The notes under the pieces are model-generated. The model saw only the letters and a list, made by a program, of their open reading frames with translations, was not told the DNA's origin and searched no databases. A program made the translations under genes and the position numbers. Below are positions 12,001 through 18,000 of a DNA stretch of 64,000 nt, piece after piece. The stretch's first letter is position 1. The number at the start of each line of letters is the position of its first letter. The stretch comes from Verrucomicrobiota bacterium (GTDB taxonomy: Bacteria > Verrucomicrobiota > Verrucomicrobiia > Limisphaerales > AAA164-E04), in contig CP170459.1 in NCBI GenBank assembly GCA_047947115.1, positions 3,168,001 to 3,232,000 on the forward strand, in the 5' to 3' direction.

Positions 12001-15000
12001 CACTATACAAGGTTATGGTGATGAGGCCCCGGATGCCGTCAATGACACCTATGCTACAAATGAGGATGTTGCTTTAACAGTGGCTGCAAGTGGTGTGTTG
12101 GCCAACGATAATGTCGGAGGCAATGGTGCACCCGTGGGTGGCATGGCAGCCACCAAGGTTACTGATCCTGCCAATGGTTCACTTACCTTGAACAGTGACG
12201 GAAGTTTTACATATACTCCTGCAAGCAATTATAATGGAGCGGATAGCTTTACTTATTCCATTACTGATAGTGATGGAGATTCCGACACAGCCACCGTTTC
12301 CATTACCGTAAACGGAGTCAATGATACTCCTGTTGCCACGAATGACGCTTATTCTGTTGATGAAGATACCAGTTTGACCGTCAGTGCAGCCGGTGTGTTG
12401 AGCAATGATAGTATCGGGGGAGATGGGGGAACTCTTGCTGCAACAAAGGAAACAGATCCTTCCAACGGTAGCGTGACACTCAACACTGATGGAAGCTTGG
12501 TTTATACGCCTACAGCCAATTTTAATGGGACAGATTCCTTCACTTACAGCATTGTTGATTCGGATGGTAGTAAAGCAATTGCCACTGTAACGATCACAGT
12601 CAATCCGATTGATGACAATCCTAGTGCAGTGGATGATACCTATGCGGTCAACGAAGACACGACGTTGACGGTTCCGGTTGCCACGGGTGTGCTTGACAAT
12701 GATAACATTGGAGGCGATGGCGGAACATTGGAGTCTGTGAAGATCACGGATCCAGGTAACGGCACGTTGACATTGAATACGGATGGAAGTTTTACCTATA
12801 TCCCAACAGCCAACTTCAACGGAACTGATACTTTTACATATCAGATCGAAGATGCCGATGGTGATACGGATGACGCGACTGTTACCATCACAGTCAACTC
12901 GGTGGACGATAATCCTGATGCCGTCAATGACACGTATGCCGTAAATGAAGACAATACCTTGACCGTTCCTGCTGGCACCGGAGTGTTGAACAACGATGAC
13001 ATTGGCGGAGATGGTGGGACTTTGAAATCGGTGAAGATCACCGATCCGACCAATGGCACCTTGATCCTGAACAGCGACGGCAGCCTGGCCTACACACCAA
13101 ACGCCAACTTCAACGGCACTGATACCTTTACATATTCGATCGTGGATGCGGACGGAGATACGGATGCCGCAACGGTGACAGTGACGGTGAACTCGGTTGA
13201 TGATAATCCCGATGCAGTGGACGACACCTATGCGGTGAATGAAGATAACACGTTAACGGTTGCCGTCGGCAACGGGGTTTTGAACAACGACAATATCGGT
13301 GGAGACGGCGGAACCTTGGTTGCCACGAAATTAAGTGATCCAAGCAATGGAACATTGATCTTAAACAGTGATGGCAGTCTGACCTACACGCCGAACGCCA
13401 ACTTCAACGGCACCGATACCTTTACATATTCGATCGTGGATGCGGACGGAGATACGGATACTGCAACGGTGACGGTGACGGTGAACTCTGTGGATGATGG
13501 GCCGGATGCCGTGGATGATACCTATGCGGTGGACGAAGACAATACGTTGACGGTTGCCGTCGGCACCGGGGTTTTGAACAACGACAATATCGGTGGAGAT
13601 GGCGGAACCTTGGCTGCCACAAAATCAAGTGATCCGAGCAATGGCACATTGATCCTGAACAGTGATGGCAGTCTGACCTACACGCCGAACGCCAACTTCA
13701 ACGGCACCGATGCCTTTACATATTCGATCGTGGATGTGGATGGAGATACGGATAACGCAACGGTGACCGTGACTGTCAACTCGGTTGATGATGGTCCTGA
13801 CGCGGTGGATGACCTTTATGTCATTGATGAAGATACACCATTGATCGTTCCAGCGGAGACGGGTGTTTTGAACAATGATACACTGGGAGGAGATGGGGGG
13901 GTGTTGGTCGTGGCCAGTAATACACCGCCGTCAAACGGTATACTGAGCATCAACCCGGACGGAAATTCCAGTCTGCCTAGACGCGTCATTCGTCAAGCCG
14001 TCACAGAATTGACCATTAACGTTGACGGAAGTTTTAGCTACATTCCCAATCCAGATTTTAACGGAACGGATAGTTTTACCTACACCATCACCGATGCCAA
14101 CGGCACCACGGACACGGCGACGGTCGTGATTAATGTCAACGCAGTGGATGACCAACCCGCCGCTTTGGATGATACTTATGCTGTGAACGAAGATGGCACA
14201 TTGACCGTCCCGGTAGGAACGGGAGTGCTGAACAACGACAACATAGGAGGAGATGGTGGAACCCTGACAGTGACCGGTAGCACCCAACCATCCAATGGTT
14301 CGCTGACATTGAATCCGGACGGAAGCTTTAGCTATGTTCCAAATCCAGATTTCAACGGAACGGATACATTCACCTATACCATCACCGATGCCAACGGCAC
14401 CGAGGACACGGCGACGGTCGTGATCAATGTCAACGCTGTGGATGACCAACCTGCCGCGGTGGATGATATTTTTGCAGTTGATGAAGATGGCACATTGACC
14501 GTCCCGGTTGGAACGGGAGTGCTGAACAACGATACCCTTGGCGGAGACGGAGGAACACTTACAGTGACCAGCAGCACCGAGCCAACAAACGGTACGCTGA
14601 CTTTGAATCCGGACGGGAGTTTCAGTTATACGCCGAATCCTGACTTTTTCGGTTCTGACAGCTTTACCTATACCATTACAGATGCCGATGGAACATCAAA
14701 TACGGCTACTGTCGTAATTGTGGTAAACAGTGTGAATGACGCGCCCAAGGCCAATGATGACGTTTTCACCATTAATGAGGACGACACTTTAAGCCTGCCT
14801 AAAGAGTCAGGTGTTCTATCCAATGATACAGCGGGTGGGGATGGTGGCCCATTGGAAATCGTGGATCATACGCAGCCCCAGAATGGAACTGTTATTTTGA
14901 CTCCCGACGGTGTCCTTATTTATATCCCCGATCCGAATTTTCATGGTTTGGAAATCTTTGAATACACCGTTCAGGATGGAGACGGGACTACCGATACCGC

Positions 15001-18000
15001 GATTATCACTATTGTTGTGAACGATGTGAACGATGCGCCAACGGTTGATAAGGATTTGCTACCCGAAGAGTTTGATGCCGATAACGGATTCACCTTGAAA
15101 ATCTTTGACGGAGAATCGATCAATCGTGACATTGGAAGCGCATTCAGTGATGAAGACGGCGATCCGTTGCTCTTTACCGCTGAAGGTTTGCCACCTGGTT
15201 TAATCCTTGATCCCGATACGGGGATTCTCTCCGGAGTCGTGGACAACTCGGCCAGCCGCGGTGGTGAAAACAACGATGGTCTTTACGTTGTTGTGATCAC
15301 CGTGAGCGATCAAAACGGAGGCTTGGTTGAATGGGTCATCACCATTGTGGTGGGTAATCCTGTTCCGTTAGCCAATCAGGATATTTACTTTGTGGATGAA
15401 GACTCGGCACTGAATGTTTCGGCCCCGGGTGTGCTTGAAAATGACACGGACCCTGACGGTGATACTTTGCAAGTGGTCACCATCGTCTTGCCACCTTCGC
15501 ACGGGAGCGCCGTGGTGAATCCGGATGGAAGCCTGACTTACACCCCGAACCCGAACTTCAACGGCAGCGACCTGTTGTTGTATCAAATTCAGGATGCTGA
15601 CGGAGATACTGCAGTTGCCGATGTGGTTTTGATCGTCAACCCAGTGAATGACGGGCCTGTTGCTGTGGATGATGTTTATTCGATCAATGAAGATCAGACG
15701 CTGACGGTGCCATCTGAAGGTGGATTGTTAGTCAATGACTCTGTTGGCGGGGACGGGGGACTTCTACAGGTTGTTGATTTTACACAACCGGTAAGTGGTA
15801 CGTTGATTGTGACTCCGAATGGTGAGGTGATCTATATGCCGGAGCCAAATTTCAACGGTAGCGTAGAGTTTGAATATACCTTACAGGACGGTGACGGTAC
15901 TACCGCCACGGCTCGCGTCTCCATTGCAGTGAATTCCATCAATGATGTGCCCAAATTGGACAGTGCCTTGGTGCCCGGACAATTTGATCCTGATTCCGGT
16001 TTTGTTTGGTCAATCGATGACGGAGAATCGATCAATCGTGACATCGGAAGCGCATTCAGTGATGAAGACGGCGATCCGTTGCTCTTTACCGCTGAAGGTT
16101 TGCCTCCTGGTTTAACCCTTGATCCCGATACGGGGATTCTGTCCGGAGTCGTAGACAACTCGGCCAGCCGGGGTGGCGAAAACAACGATGGTCTTTACGT
16201 TGTTGTGATCACCGTGAGCGATCAAAATGGAGGTTTGGTTGAATGGGTTATCACCATTGTGGTGGGGAATCCTGTTCCAGAAGCCAATCAGGATGTTTAT
16301 TTCTTGGATGAAGACACTTTGCTGAATGTATCGGCTTCGGGTGTTCTTGAGAATGATACGGATTCGGACGGGGACGCCTTGCAGGTCACTGCAGTGGTCT
16401 TGCCACCCAGCAATGGGGTGGCGGTATTGAACCCTGATGGAAGCCTGACTTATACCCCGAACCCTAATTTCAACGGTAGTGATTTGCTGCTGTATCAAAT
16501 TGAAGATGCAGATGGAGACACCGCTGTCGCTGCGGTGATATTGATCATCAATCCTATCGATGACGGCCCTGTTGCGGTGGATGATGTTTACGTGGTCAAT
16601 GAAGACCAGGTCCTGACTGTTCCGGATGTGAGCGGACTTCTGTCGAACGATTCAGTTGGAGGTGATGGGGGATTGTTGACCGTGGTGGATAATACCTCGA
16701 TTGCCAATGGTGTCTTGATCGTCACTGCTTCAGGGGAATTGATTTACATACCAGCCCTCAACTTTAATGGAACTGAAGTGTTCGAATACACCATCGAGGA
16801 TGCGGATGGAACCATCGATACAGCAACGGTCACTCTCATCGTCAACGAAGTAAATGATCCGCCGATGCTCCAGGCAGGGCGTTTGCCTTCCGAACTTGGT
16901 GACGGGCCTGTTTTCCAATGGAAGGTGTTGGATGGGGAATCTCTAAACTTGGACCTGGGAGGCGGGTTTGACGATGCAGATCAGGATGGTTTGCGATTCA
17001 TCGCCGAAGGATTGCCTCCGGGATTGTCCATCCATCCAGAAACTGGAGTTATCAGTGGCATCGTGCCAATCGTCGCCAGCAGCGGAGGTGATGGCAATGA
17101 AGGTGTTTATGTGGTGGTTGTCACGGTCAAGGATCAGCGAGGCGGGACAACCGAACTCGAATTGGAATTGGTCGTGGGGAATCCGTTGCCAAGCGCCGTT
17201 GATGACTCATACACAATCGACGAGGACACCTTGTTGAATATTCCAGCTCCAGGAGTTCTTGCAAACGACACGGATCCTGATGGAGATGTGCTTCGGGTGA
17301 CGGGCATTGTCCTTCCGGCCAGCAATGGAGAGGCAACTCTCAACCCTGATGGAAGCCTGACATACTTGCCGAATCCGGAATTCAATGGATCCGACTTCCT
17401 GATCTACCAGATGGAAGACAGTGATGGTGGAACTTCCGCGGCTGTGGTTTCGATCACCGTGATTCCGGCGAATGATCCTCCTTTGTTGGATTTGTCACTT
17501 CTGCCGGAAGAGTTCCAGACCGAACCTGTTTTGACCGTGGTCCTGGAAGATGACCAGAACGTGAGCATCGATCTTGGTGGAGCTTTCAGAGATCCAGAAT
17601 TGGACAACCTGTCCTTCCTGGTGGACAATTTGCCGCCAGGTTTGCGAATTGATCCGGAAACAGGATTGATCTCCGGCACCATTCCGCCATCGGGCAGTCA
17701 AGGTGGAACCAATGAGGATGGTATTTATCAGATCATCATTTCGGTATCCGATGGCAAGGGTGGTATTACTCCGGTAGATGTTCAGATCAGAGTCTTGAAC
17801 CCGCCTCCTGTTGCCGTTGATGATGCCTACTCGGTGAGTGAGGAATCGGTTCTGGTGGTGGACGCTCCGGGAGTGCTTGTCAATGACAGTGATCCCGACG
17901 GGGATGGAATCTCCGTATCAAGATTGCTGGTGCAACCGTCCGGGGGAGTAGCCACCATCAATAGTGATGGCAGTCTGATTTACACCCCGAATGGCGATTT

